Shown: in pieces, positions 20,238-29,162 of the stretch | How the letters are laid out: each line of letters starts with the position of its first letter | Numbering within the stretch: the stretch's first letter is position 1 | NCBI GenBank assembly: GCA_029549985.1 | Contig: JAKPIB010000035.1 | Span: 29,319-93,318, forward strand | Direction of reading: 5' to 3' | Source of the DNA: Bacillota bacterium | Lineage (GTDB): Bacteria > Bacillota > Clostridia > Caldicoprobacterales > DTU083 | DNA length: 64,000 bases | Position numbers and translations under genes: made by a program | The notes under the pieces: generated by a model | Database searches by the model: none | The model's input: only the letters and a program-made list of their open reading frames with translations | Told to the model about the DNA's origin: nothing

Positions 20238-21468
20238 GGTCCCGCCCTCCTTTGCGCAGGTCATCCCTGTCAAGGGTAAGTGCATATATATCGGTCGCAA
20301 GTATGTCATATTCAAACATCCCACGAAGGTCTCTGTCATACTTCTTATAGTGAGCTGCCTTCGTTAGAACAGGGACCCTGGAGCTGTTTTTCAGTTCCTT
20401 TAGAAGGGGCAGGGCTTTTGATGAAAATCCAAGTATGCGGATATACTTCGGCCCAATACCGGAGTTGAGCTCTCTGAACCTATCTTTGGTAAGGTTTAGA
20501 AGGCCGTGGATGATAATGCGGTTCAGGCGGGTCCGTACATAACGCTTGGTTTTGAGTGATGCGATCAGGTCCTCAGTACCTGATGCATTCAGGGCTGATT
20601 CCTTTATCCTGTTTTCCAGCCCTTCTTCTACATTCATCCATTGGGAGATCTCCTCCCTGCTGGAACGCCTGATCAGACCAAGTACCAGGCTATCAAGTTT
20701 GCAGGGTATTGACGGGCCCCTGCCGCTCTCGACTGCGCCGGCAAGCACGTCATATGAAGCCTTGGGCATTGACTCCATCAGGCCTGTTGTAAGACCATTT
20801 TTATAGAACTCCTTCCGTATGGAAGCAGCGCTGGTTATGCCCTTTCTCAAAACAGTTGAGTTGTATGCTGAAGCGATTCGCTTGATTATAACAGGGACAA
20901 TGTGACTGTCCGTTTTCTTCAATGCCTTGAGGTATTCTACAGCGAGGATAGTATTGGAACCGATGATGAGGCTGCTGATCTTCTGGCTTTCGGAATGCAG
21001 CCTTCCCGTCTGCTGCAGGTACTCCCTTATCGCATGCTGCCTGGCTGCGGGAAACGACATACCTTGCAGGAGGAAGCCTTTTAAATTCAGCTTGAAGCCG
21101 GCATCCTCAGTTGTCAGTATCTCTGCCAGATGCCAGAGAGTGTCAAGATCAGTCGTTTCACTGCCAAAGCTCATATGGGTGACAAGGCCGGTTTGATTCA
21201 GGATCTGTACTGCGCCATATGCAAAAAACTCAGCACTCTGCGTTGAATATACCACAGGCAGTTCCAGGACAAGATCTATACCACAGCGCAAGGCGGCTTC
21301 CGTCCGCAGCCATTTATCAATGATCGCAGGTTCGCCTCGCTGAGTGAAGTTGCCGGACATTACCGCTATGGTATAATCCGGCTTTATTACTTTCAAGGAT
21401 TCTTTCAGGTGGTATAAATGACCAAGATGAAAGGGATTGTATTCTGATACTATGCCAAGTACTTTCAT
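20212..21468 (-). CDS. tmcAL: tRNA(Met) cytidine acetate ligase (YlbM/UPF0348 nucleotidyltransferase)
   Basis: N terminus MKVLGIVSEYNPFHLGH (HxGH). 418 aa. Position matches ylbM. Confidence 0.85.
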   Translation of the reverse strand: MKVLGIVSEYNPFHLGHLYHLKESLKVIKPDYTIAVMSGNFTQRGEPAIIDKWLRTEAALRCGIDLVLELPVVYSTQSAEFFAYGAVQILNQTGLVTHMSFGSETTDLDTLWHLAEILTTEDAGFKLNLKGFLLQGMSFPAARQHAIREYLQQTGRLHSESQKISSLIIGSNTILAVEYLKALKKTDSHIVPVIIKRIASAYNSTVLRKGITSAASIRKEFYKNGLTTGLMESMPKASYDVLAGAVESGRGPSIPCKLDSLVLGLIRRSSREEISQWMNVEEGLENRIKESALNASGTEDLIASLKTKRYVRTRLNRIIIHGLLNLTKDRFRELNSGIGPKYIRILGFSSKALPLLKELKNSSRVPVLTKAAHYKKYDRDLRGMFEYDILATDIYALTLDRDDLRKGGRDLTQGPVML

Positions 21469-21690
21469 AAACTCTCCTTGTTTTTCCTGAAGGATAGTAT
21501 TTGTGCCATATCAAATACTATGTATGGTATAATGCCTCCATTAGTTGATTTTATATATAACCAGACCAATAAACAAGGGGAAAAGTCATAAAATAATATA
21601 GGTTGTGATTTATTAAAGGATTTTAGCGTTTCTTGTAGAATAAAACTAGGTTGTACTATTATATGTTCACATTTTGAAAGGAGTTTTTCT

Positions 21691-22680
21691 ATGAGTGTTT
21701 TGCAGGAAATCAGAGAAAGGGCATCAAAGCTGGGGAAGACGATCGTACTGCCGGAAGGTACTGAGCCACGCATAATAAAGGCTGCTTCCATGGCAACACA
21801 GGCCGGCGTAGCCAAAATAATACTGCTGGGTGATCCCCAAGAGATCGAAAGCAAATCAGATGGAGCAGATCTCACGGGTGTTACTATTATAGATCACTTA
21901 AAATCAGATAAAATAGATCATTATGCCAATGAGCTGTATGAGCTGAGAAAGAACAAGGGCATGACTCTGGACAAGGCATATGAGACTCTTAAAGACCCTC
22001 TGTATTTCGGTACTATGATGGTAAAGCAGGACGATGCCGACGGCATGGCGGCCGGTTCGATCAATGCAACGGCAGATGTTCTCAGGCCTGCTCTCCAGAT
22101 CATAAAAACCGCGCCTGGCATAAAGGTTGTATCCAGCGTATTTGTTATAGAGCTGCCTGATAGCAGGTTCGGCAAAAATGGCACTTTAATTTACGGAGAC
22201 TGCGGAGTCAATCCCGACCCGGATGCAGAAGAGCTTGCAGCTATTGCAGTTTCAACTGCTATAACTGCCAAGCAGGTAGCAGGCATGGAGCCTGTAGTGG
22301 CGCTTTTATCATTCTCAACAAAGGGAAGCGCTACACATCCAAGGGTAGATAAGGTCATAAAGGCAACCAAGCTCGCACAGCAAATGGCACCCCAATTCTT
22401 ATTTGACGGGGAGCTTCAGGGAGATGCGGCATTAGTTGAAAGCGTAGGCAAGCTCAAATGTCCTGACAGCCCGGTGGCTGGCAGAGCCAACGTGCTCATC
22501 TTCCCGGATCTGGATTCGGGCAATATCGCATACAAACTGACCCAGCGGTTAGCAGGCGCTCAGGCTGTAGGCCCGATATGCCAGGGACTCGCCAAGCCCG
22601 TCAATGACCTGTCGAGGGGCTGCAGTTCTGAAGATGTAGTGAATGCTGTCGCTATAACCGCTGTTCAGGCTGAAATATAA
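21691..22680 (+). CDS. pta: phosphate acetyltransferase
   Basis: 329 aa PTA_PTB fold (IVLPEG, FPDLDSGNIAYK). Precedes ackA. Confidence 0.95.
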   Translation: MSVLQEIRERASKLGKTIVLPEGTEPRIIKAASMATQAGVAKIILLGDPQEIESKSDGADLTGVTIIDHLKSDKIDHYANELYELRKNKGMTLDKAYETLKDPLYFGTMMVKQDDADGMAAGSINATADVLRPALQIIKTAPGIKVVSSVFVIELPDSRFGKNGTLIYGDCGVNPDPDAEELAAIAVSTAITAKQVAGMEPVVALLSFSTKGSATHPRVDKVIKATKLAQQMAPQFLFDGELQGDAALVESVGKLKCPDSPVAGRANVLIFPDLDSGNIAYKLTQRLAGAQAVGPICQGLAKPVNDLSRGCSSEDVVNAVAITAVQAEI

Positions 22681-22697
22681 ACTAGGAGATGATTTGA

Positions 22698-23903
22698 TTG
22701 AAAATATTGGTAATCAACGCCGGGAGTTCATCACTCAAGTATCAGCTGATCGATATGGACAACGAGAGTGTGTTGGCCAAGGGAAATGCAGAACGGATCG
22801 GCATAGCCAATTCACAGCTGATACATGCGTCATCCGGCAAAGACAAGGTAGTGTTCAAGGCAGAGTTTAAAAACCATGAAGATGCCATCAAAATGGTCAT
22901 TGAAACCCTGACTTCAACAGAGCATGGTGTCATCAGGGATATGAGTGAGATTGGTGCTGTAGGGCACAGGGTAGTGCATGGTGGAGAACGCTTTTCACAG
23001 TCAGTGATCATCGATGATGAGGTAATGAAGGCAATAAAGGCCAATATCGACCTGGCGCCGCTGCACAATCCGGCCAACATCATGGGTATAGAGGCATGCA
23101 GGCGAATTATGCCGCAAACACCCATGGTAGCAGTGTTTGACACTGCATTCCATCAAACGATGCCAAAGGAAGCTTACCTTTATGCTATCCCATATGAGTA
23201 CTATGAAAGATATAAAATCAGGCGTTACGGGTTCCATGGCACATCGCACAAGTATGTTTCTTTGAAAGCAGCCAAGCTGCTTGGCAGGCCTATAGAAGAG
23301 CTCAGGATAGTGACCTGCCATTTGGGCAACGGTTCAAGCATAGCAGCTGTAAAGTATGGTAAATCGATAGATACCAGCATGGGCTTTACCCCCCTGGACG
23401 GGCTTCCGATGGGCACGAGGTCAGGTAGCATAGATCCCGCTATAGTCAGCTTCTTGGCTGATAAGGAAGATTTGACAAGCGAAGAAATCAACGAATGCCT
23501 GAATAAAAGATCAGGTGTTCTGGGTATATCCGGGGTTAGCAGCGACTTCAGGGATCTGGCGGAGGCTGCAGCCAATAATGTCGAGCGAGCCCGGCTGGCA
23601 CTTGATGTGTTCAACTATCAGGTGAAGAAATATATAGGCCAGTATGCCGCTGCGATGGGTGGACTGGATTGTGTAGTATTTACCGCCGGAGTAGGAGAGA
23701 ATACACCCAGAGTACGAAGCGAAGCATGCAAGGGTCTGGAGTTCCTGGGGATAAAGCTCGATCCTGAACGAAATGAGCAGATCCTGGGCCGCGTGAACAT
23801 GGAAGGCATGATATCGACGGATGATTCACCGGTAAAAGTGCTTGTGATCCCGACAAATGAAGAGCTGATGATAGCCAGAGAAACACTGGAGCTGACATGC
23901 TGA
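22698..23903 (+). CDS. ackA: acetate kinase
   Basis: [21 protein letters not shown] and HLGNG motifs. TTG start 8 nt after AGGAGA. Confidence 0.96.
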   Translation: MKILVINAGSSSLKYQLIDMDNESVLAKGNAERIGIANSQLIHASSGKDKVVFKAEFKNHEDAIKMVIETLTSTEHGVIRDMSEIGAVGHRVVHGGERFSQSVIIDDEVMKAIKANIDLAPLHNPANIMGIEACRRIMPQTPMVAVFDTAFHQTMPKEAYLYAIPYEYYERYKIRRYGFHGTSHKYVSLKAAKLLGRPIEELRIVTCHLGNGSSIAAVKYGKSIDTSMGFTPLDGLPMGTRSGSIDPAIVSFLADKEDLTSEEINECLNKRSGVLGISGVSSDFRDLAEAAANNVERARLALDVFNYQVKKYIGQYAAAMGGLDCVVFTAGVGENTPRVRSEACKGLEFLGIKLDPERNEQILGRVNMEGMISTDDSPVKVLVIPTNEELMIARETLELTC

Positions 23904-23927
23904 ATTTCAGATAGGCTGCAGTTATAC

Positions 23928-23957
23928 TTGACAGCTTGTATCCGGATTGTATATAAT
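23928..23957 (+). promoter_or_regulatory. putative sigma-A promoter of yceD-rpmF
   Basis: TTGACA, 18 nt spacer, TATAAT. Confidence 0.55.
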
Positions 23958-24030
23958 TAGAACTCGGAGGTTTCGGCTGGAATATTTTAATTTTCCACTT
24001 GACCTCCGCTTTGAATGAGGTGATTGGCCT

Positions 24031-24558
24031 TTGAAGATCGATATTACCGAAGTTCAAAGGGACACGGGAGCCAGCCTGGAATTTGAAGGTGAGCTTACAC
24101 TAAAGGATGTCCAGTGGCAGGGAGAGCCGATCAGCTTTCCAGGCCCCTTGCATGTAGATGGCAGGATAACCAATGTCGGTGAGATGCTGGTTATGAATGC
24201 ATCGGTAAAGGGTACTGCCATACTTATGTGCAGACTGTGCATGGGAGATTTCGAATACGACCTGGATTTTGGATTTGAAGCAAAGCTGAAGGACATCCCC
24301 GAGCAGGAGGACCCTGACTATTTTGCTTACCAGGGATATCAAATCGATCTGACCGATATAGTCATGGAGTTTCTGATACTGGAGATACCCTCTGTCAGAC
24401 AATGTCGTGAAGATTGCAAAGGGCTGTGTCCAATGTGTGGTGTCAACCTGAACGAGAAGTCATGCAAGTGCACTGATGCAAAAAGCTCTGATCATACGAT
24501 CGATGAGCGTTTGGAAGCACTGAAGGAGTATTATAACGGACAAGGTAAGGAGGTGTAA
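24031..24558 (+). CDS. yceD: DUF177 (YceD/YlbN) protein
   Basis: 175 aa. C-terminal Cys cluster CREDCKGLCPMCGVNLNEKSCKC. Immediately precedes rpmF, as is universal for this pair. Confidence 0.85.
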   Translation: MKIDITEVQRDTGASLEFEGELTLKDVQWQGEPISFPGPLHVDGRITNVGEMLVMNASVKGTAILMCRLCMGDFEYDLDFGFEAKLKDIPEQEDPDYFAYQGYQIDLTDIVMEFLILEIPSVRQCREDCKGLCPMCGVNLNEKSCKCTDAKSSDHTIDERLEALKEYYNGQGKEV

Positions 24559-24560
24559 AA

Positions 24561-24740
24561 ATGGGAGTACCAAAAAAGAAGACATCCCAGGCAAGACGGG
24601 ACAAAAGAAGAGCAAACTGGAAGCTGACTCCTCCGGGTACAGTGGAATGTCCGCAGTGCGGAGAAATGAAGCTTACTCACCGTATCTGCAAAAATTGCGG
24701 TTTCTACAATAAAAAACAGGTTTTGAAGGTAGGCGAGTAA
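24561..24740 (+). CDS. rpmF: 50S ribosomal protein L32
   Basis: Absent from the ORF track because it is only 59 aa. My translation is MGVPKKKTSQARRDKRRANWKLTPPGTVECPQCGEMKLTHRICKNCGFYNKKQVLKVGE. RBS AAGGAGGTG. Zinc-ribbon CxxC..CxxC. Confidence 0.92.
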   Translation: MGVPKKKTSQARRDKRRANWKLTPPGTVECPQCGEMKLTHRICKNCGFYNKKQVLKVGE

Positions 24741-24742
24741 TT

Positions 24743-24775
24743 AAAAAAGCTACCCCTAGGCAGGGTAGTTTTTTT
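24743..24775 (+). terminator. intrinsic terminator after rpmF
   Basis: A-run, CTACCC...GGGTAG hairpin, then T7. Confidence 0.7.
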
Positions 24776-24783
24776 ATATATTA

Positions 24784-24812
24784 TTGCAAAAAAAACAAGC
24801 TTCCATTATACT
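24784..24812 (+). promoter_or_regulatory. putative sigma-A promoter of the fapR operon
   Basis: TTGCAA, 17 nt spacer, TATACT. Confidence 0.5.
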
Positions 24813-24817
24813 ATTTT

Positions 24818-24838
24818 TAATACTTGGTACTAGTATTA
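24818..24838 (+). promoter_or_regulatory. candidate FapR operator
   Basis: Inverted repeat TAATACT-tggtact-AGTATTA just downstream of the -10. It contains GGTACTA, a half-site resembling the B. subtilis FapR box. Confidence 0.45.
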
Positions 24839-24868
24839 GATATGAATACATAAACTGAGGTGACGTAT

Positions 24869-25447
24869 ATGGCCAGGAAATCGGTTCCCAAGAAGGAAAG
24901 GCAGAACCTGTTGATGGAACGGCTCATAGCAGATCCCTTTATTACGGACGAGGAATTAAGTGAGGAGTTTAACGTCAGCATACAAACCATACGTCTGGAC
25001 AGGCTGGAGCTGGGCATACCGGAGTTGAGAGAACGGATCCGTAATGTGGCTTCTGAAAACTACAGCAAGATAAAAACAATAGAAGCCAAAGAGGTGATAG
25101 GTGAGATCGTGGACCTGGAGCTCGGTGTCAGCGGCATCTCCATCCTGCAGACAACAAATGATATGGTATTCGAAAAGACCAAGATAGTCAGAGGCCACTA
25201 TATCTTCGCCCAGGCTGAGTCTTTGGCTATCGCTGTAATAGATGCCAAGGTAGCCCTGACAGGTGTGGCGAACATAAAGTACAAAACGCCTATCTATGCG
25301 GGGGACAAGCTGGTGGCCAAGGCGCAGGTAAACAGAGTCAGAGGCAACAAGTATTTTGTCTGGGTAATCATAAAGGTGAAGCAGCAAGAAGCTTTCAGAG
25401 GTAAGTTTATCCTGGTATCGGTCGATTCCAAAGAAAGGGGTAATTGA
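24869..25447 (+). CDS. fapR: fatty acid/phospholipid synthesis transcription factor FapR
   Basis: ORF 24860..25447. ATG 24869 lies 6 nt after GAGGTG. N-terminal HTH ([19 protein letters not shown]) plus a hot-dog thioesterase-like domain. Precedes plsX. Confidence 0.9.
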   Translation: MARKSVPKKERQNLLMERLIADPFITDEELSEEFNVSIQTIRLDRLELGIPELRERIRNVASENYSKIKTIEAKEVIGEIVDLELGVSGISILQTTNDMVFEKTKIVRGHYIFAQAESLAIAVIDAKVALTGVANIKYKTPIYAGDKLVAKAQVNRVRGNKYFVWVIIKVKQQEAFRGKFILVSVDSKERGN

Positions 25448-25448
25448 T

Positions 25449-26456
25449 GTGAGAATCATAGTAGACGGCATGGGCGGAGACAACGCTCCCTTAGAAATCG
25501 TCAAGGGCAGTGTGGAAGCGGTCCTGGAGTATGGCATTAGTATTACTCTGACAGGAGATTCAGACCAGCTCAAGGCACAGCTCAAGAGCCTAAACGCTCC
25601 AATGGATCACTTTGAAATAGTGCATGCATCCGAGGTCATCACCATGGAGGACAGTCCTGTGGCAGCTATCAGAAAAAAGAAGGACAGTTCGATGGTCAGA
25701 GGCTTTGAGCTTGTGAAGGAGGATCCTGACAGCGTATTCATATCTGCCGGCAATACGGGGGCTCTCATGGCAGGAAGCCTTCTGAAGGTAGGCAGGATCA
25801 AGGGGATCGATCGTCCGGCCCTGGCACCGGTATTGACCAACAGAGGAAACGGTACGCTGCTTATAGATGCCGGCGCCAACACCGAGGTCAAGCCTGAAAA
25901 CCTGGTCCAGTTTGCCATAATGGGTTCCGTGTATATGGAAAAGGTCCTGGGCAGAAAGCAGCCTTCTGTCGGCCTGTTGAACATAGGCACAGAGGAAAGC
26001 AAGGGCACAGAGGTGTACAAGTCTGCATATCATATCCTGAAGGACCTGAAGCGCATCAATTTTGTCGGCAATATAGAAGCAAGGGATGTGCCTGCAGGTG
26101 TGGTCGATGTGCTTGTTTGTGACGGGTTTACCGGTAATATCGTGCTGAAGTACACAGAAGGGCTGGCAGTGAACCTTTTTGGCATGATAAAGGAAGAGCT
26201 GATGAAGACCACGATCAGAAAGATCGGGGCTATGCTAATAAAACCCGGTTTATCAGGTTTCAAGCAAAAAATGGATTACGCAGAAACAGGCGGAGCCCCC
26301 TTGCTTGGGATAAATGGCGGCATTATCAAAGCCCATGGCAGTTCAAACGCAAAGGCCATCAAAAACGCTATTCGTCAGGGCAAGCTCTTTCTTGACAATA
26401 AGGTACTCAGCAGCATAAGCAGCATCATACCTCAGCTTAGCGTGGATCAGGCTTAG
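25449..26456 (+). CDS. plsX: phosphate acyltransferase PlsX
   Basis: N terminus IIVDGMGGDNAP. 335 aa. Confidence 0.95.
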   Translation: MRIIVDGMGGDNAPLEIVKGSVEAVLEYGISITLTGDSDQLKAQLKSLNAPMDHFEIVHASEVITMEDSPVAAIRKKKDSSMVRGFELVKEDPDSVFISAGNTGALMAGSLLKVGRIKGIDRPALAPVLTNRGNGTLLIDAGANTEVKPENLVQFAIMGSVYMEKVLGRKQPSVGLLNIGTEESKGTEVYKSAYHILKDLKRINFVGNIEARDVPAGVVDVLVCDGFTGNIVLKYTEGLAVNLFGMIKEELMKTTIRKIGAMLIKPGLSGFKQKMDYAETGGAPLLGINGGIIKAHGSSNAKAIKNAIRQGKLFLDNKVLSSISSIIPQLSVDQA

Positions 26457-26526
26457 TAATATGAATCATCCTGTCATCAGGAACCTTTTTGACATTGCAG
26501 ACAAAAAGACCGGGCATACCCAATCT

Positions 26527-26699
26527 GGCATCTGTATATCGAATGATGGGTATTAAAATGCCATTCCGGTGCATATACACCTTGGAAGATACGGCGAACC
26601 GGGAGATGCAGCCCATCTGGGCAGGCTTTCTCGTATCCCGATGAAAACAGGTATATTACCGGGCAGGTAATACATGTTGACGGGGGCATGTTTATGTAA
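26527..26699 (+). pseudogene. fabG: degenerate 3' relic of fabG (3-oxoacyl-ACP reductase)
   Basis: My translation gives ..AIP..LGRYGEPGDAAHL / AGFLVS / DENRYITGQVIHVDGGMFM*, spread over three frames with an in-frame TAA at 26554. This matches the FabG C terminus (IPLGRFGEP..VAFLAS..YITGQ..H..GGM). No intact ORF is present. Confidence 0.6.
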
Positions 26700-26767
26700 T
26701 AATATCTAAGCATAATAATAGATATTATTATAAAATATCTTTGATCTTTGAAGGGAGGTGACACAGG

Positions 26768-26992
26768 ATGTTTGAGAAGATAAGGGATATCGTTTGTGAG
26801 CAGCTTGGTGTCGAGCCCGAAGCAGTTACGATGGAATCTTCTTTTATAGATGATCTTGGCGCTGATTCGCTGGATATCGTTGAGCTTATCATGGCCCTGG
26901 AAGAAGAATTCAATATGGAGATACCAGACGAAGAAGCTGAAAAGATTAATACCATCGGCGATGTAGTTGAATACATTAAAAAGAATTCTTAA
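26768..26992 (+). CDS. acpP: acyl carrier protein
   Basis: 74 aa with the phosphopantetheine attachment motif [19 protein letters not shown]. Confidence 0.95.
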   Translation: MFEKIRDIVCEQLGVEPEAVTMESSFIDDLGADSLDIVELIMALEEEFNMEIPDEEAEKINTIGDVVEYIKKNS

Positions 26993-26993
26993 T

Positions 26994-27056
26994 CCGCAAT
27001 TATTCTCCAATGGGTTCCCATCCATCGATGGGAACCCGCTCTTGAACCGCAATTAT
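26994..27056 (+). repeat. 11-bp-stem palindrome flanked by a 10-bp direct repeat
   Basis: CCGCAATTAT at 26994-27003 and again at 27047-27056. Between them is GGGTTCCCATC-catc-GATGGGAACCC (27012-27037). Confidence 0.6.
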
Positions 27057-27078
27057 CTTATATTTCCATACCTCTATT

Positions 27079-27216
27079 TTTTATATACCAAAGGTTTCTG
27101 AATGTGACATTGATTATGTGCCCGATACAGACAGAAAGGCACAAGTACATGCCGCAATGTCCAGTTCCTTTGACGGGCTGAATGCATTCATCATAGTCAA
27201 AAATGAGAGTAAATAG
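27079..27216 (+). pseudogene. fabF: 3' relic of fabF (3-oxoacyl-ACP synthase II)
   Basis: In-frame translation ..PKVSECDIDYVPDTDRKAQVHAAMSSSFDGLNAFIIVKNESK* matches the FabF C terminus (ECDLDYVP...LSNSFGFGGHNA.L.FKK). Only about 45 codons remain, with no start codon or N-terminal domains. Confidence 0.65.
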
Positions 27217-27336
27217 AATCAAGTAAAGAGCCAAATGGCTCTTTTTCTTTCTGCAGCCTCAATTTTATTGATAAAAGCTCCCATTAAGTTTATAATCATA
27301 CTGTACGACCCCGGACAAGGATGTGATATCTTATTG

Positions 27337-28047
27337 ATGAACGAACATATGCATCATAGTTCTGGATTATATGAAAGGCTTTGTTCAAAGCTTGGATATG
27401 AGTTCAAGGATACAACGCTTTTAAAGACTGCGCTGACGCACAGTTCCTATTCAAATGAGTCCAAAACCAAAGCGGACTGCAACGAAAGGTTGGAGTTCCT
27501 GGGTGACTCAGTGCTCGGTCTTTCAGTCAGCGAGTATGTCTATAAAACTTTTCCCCATCTGCCCGAGGGGAGCCTTACCAAGCTAAGGGCAGGTGTTGTC
27601 TCTGAAACCACATTGGCAAATGCGGCCAGAGATTTGGGCCTGGGTGAGTTTTTGCTGCTTGGCAGGGGAGAGCAGATATCCGGTGGCAGGGACAGGGATT
27701 CCATCCTGGCCGATGCCATGGAAGCGGTCATAGGCGCTATATATCTTGACGGAGGTTTTGAAAGGGCAAGGGATTTCGTCCTGAAGCAGCTTAGACCTGC
27801 TATTGAGCGACATTCAACCAACAACGGCCAATGGGACAGCAAAACCCAGCTTCAGGAGCTGCTTCAAAGCAAATCAGCCACAGATATAACATATGAGATT
27901 ATCGATGAGAGAGGTCCTGACCATAATAAACAATTTACAGCCCAGGTCAGCAGCAACGGCAAGGTAATTGGCGTCGGAACGGGAAAAAGCAAGAAGGAAG
28001 CTGAACAGAATGCAGCACATGAAGCACTTAGAAAACTCACAACATAA
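27337..28047 (+). CDS. rnc: ribonuclease III
   Basis: ORF 27235..28047; the likely start is ATG 27337. Signature ERLEFLGDSVL and a C-terminal dsRBD (GPDHNKQFTAQV...GKSKKEAEQNAA). Confidence 0.93.
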   Translation: MNEHMHHSSGLYERLCSKLGYEFKDTTLLKTALTHSSYSNESKTKADCNERLEFLGDSVLGLSVSEYVYKTFPHLPEGSLTKLRAGVVSETTLANAARDLGLGEFLLLGRGEQISGGRDRDSILADAMEAVIGAIYLDGGFERARDFVLKQLRPAIERHSTNNGQWDSKTQLQELLQSKSATDITYEIIDERGPDHNKQFTAQVSSNGKVIGVGTGKSKKEAEQNAAHEALRKLTT

Positions 28048-29131
28048 GTGCACGAAAATTGTACCTGTTTTCATTCCGATGCTCGGATGCAAGCATCAAT
28101 GCGTATTCTGCAACCAGCATGTGGTTACAGGCATGCACGAAAAATCACAATTAGCTGATGTTGCTGCCCAGCTTGACACTGGGATGTCAACAGTCACCAG
28201 GGATAACCCTTGCCGTGAAATCGCCTTCTATGGAGGCAGCTTTACTTGTCTGCCAAAGGAGCTCCAGCAGGAGATCTTGTCAATGGCCAGGCCGTACATA
28301 GAAGAGCAGTTGGCCTTTGGAATACGAATATCTACAAGGCCTGACTATATAAGCAATGATATACTATCGATGCTAAAGGAACTCAGTGTGACGACCATAG
28401 AGCTGGGCATACAGTCTACCGACGATGACGTTCTTATTGCCAGCGGCAGGGGGCATAAGGCAGCTGACATTTTTGACTCCGCTAAGCTTATCAAAAAGCA
28501 GGGTTTTGCCCTCGGCCTGCAGATGATGACGGGTTTACCGGAGGATACATTCGGGAGATCAGTAAAGACAGCCATTGATATGATAAGCCTGAGACCTGAT
28601 CTGGTAAGGATATATCCAACCCTTGTGCTCAAGGGAGCACCTTTGGAAGAACTCCTGGATAAGGGCAGGTACCATCCTCTGACAGTAGATGAGGCTGTCG
28701 AAAGGGTCAGCATTTTAAAGATGCTTTTTGAAAACAGCAATATACCGGTCATACGAACAGGACTGCAGGCTAATGAAGAGCTTGATACCGGATCAGGCTT
28801 TAGAGAGGGACCGTATCATCCGGCTTTTGGCGAGCTGGTGGAAAGCAGGATTTATTACAAGTGGTTCTCCTACATTATCGATTCCATAATACCTCCAGCG
28901 GTCAGGTCTGTTGATTTTTCTGTCCACCCGGCGGAGCTGTCAAAGGCCATAGGGAATAAAAGGGGAAATATCGAAAAGCTTCACAGGGACAAGGGTGGAA
29001 TAAAAATCAGTGTATCGAAGCAACATGATGTTCCGAGATTCTGTTTGAAAGCCAAATGGGAAAACGAAGCCCTTGTGATGTACAGGAAAGAGTTTATAAC
29101 AGCATATCTCTCGCAACTTGAGCTCATATAG
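28010..29131 (+). CDS. radical SAM protein of unknown function (Elp3/HemN-like)
   Basis: ORF 27968..29131. ATG 28010 lies 10 nt after AAGAAGGAAG. CxxxCxxC cluster CKHQCVFC. Overlaps the rnc 3' end by 38 nt. Confidence 0.8.
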   Translation: MQHMKHLENSQHKCTKIVPVFIPMLGCKHQCVFCNQHVVTGMHEKSQLADVAAQLDTGMSTVTRDNPCREIAFYGGSFTCLPKELQQEILSMARPYIEEQLAFGIRISTRPDYISNDILSMLKELSVTTIELGIQSTDDDVLIASGRGHKAADIFDSAKLIKKQGFALGLQMMTGLPEDTFGRSVKTAIDMISLRPDLVRIYPTLVLKGAPLEELLDKGRYHPLTVDEAVERVSILKMLFENSNIPVIRTGLQANEELDTGSGFREGPYHPAFGELVESRIYYKWFSYIIDSIIPPAVRSVDFSVHPAELSKAIGNKRGNIEKLHRDKGGIKISVSKQHDVPRFCLKAKWENEALVMYRKEFITAYLSQLELI

Positions 29132-29162
29132 TTTTTTGCGGCATACTTAAATCAGTTACGGG

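Noticed and set aside
24956-25585. 209-aa - strand ORF antisense to fapR and plsX.
   Set aside because: A shadow ORF inside two strongly supported + strand genes.
26477-27052. 191-aa - strand ORF spanning the plsX-acpP-rnc spacers.
   Set aside because: It is antisense to the intact acpP and to the fabG relic. It has no RBS and its sequence looks like noise.
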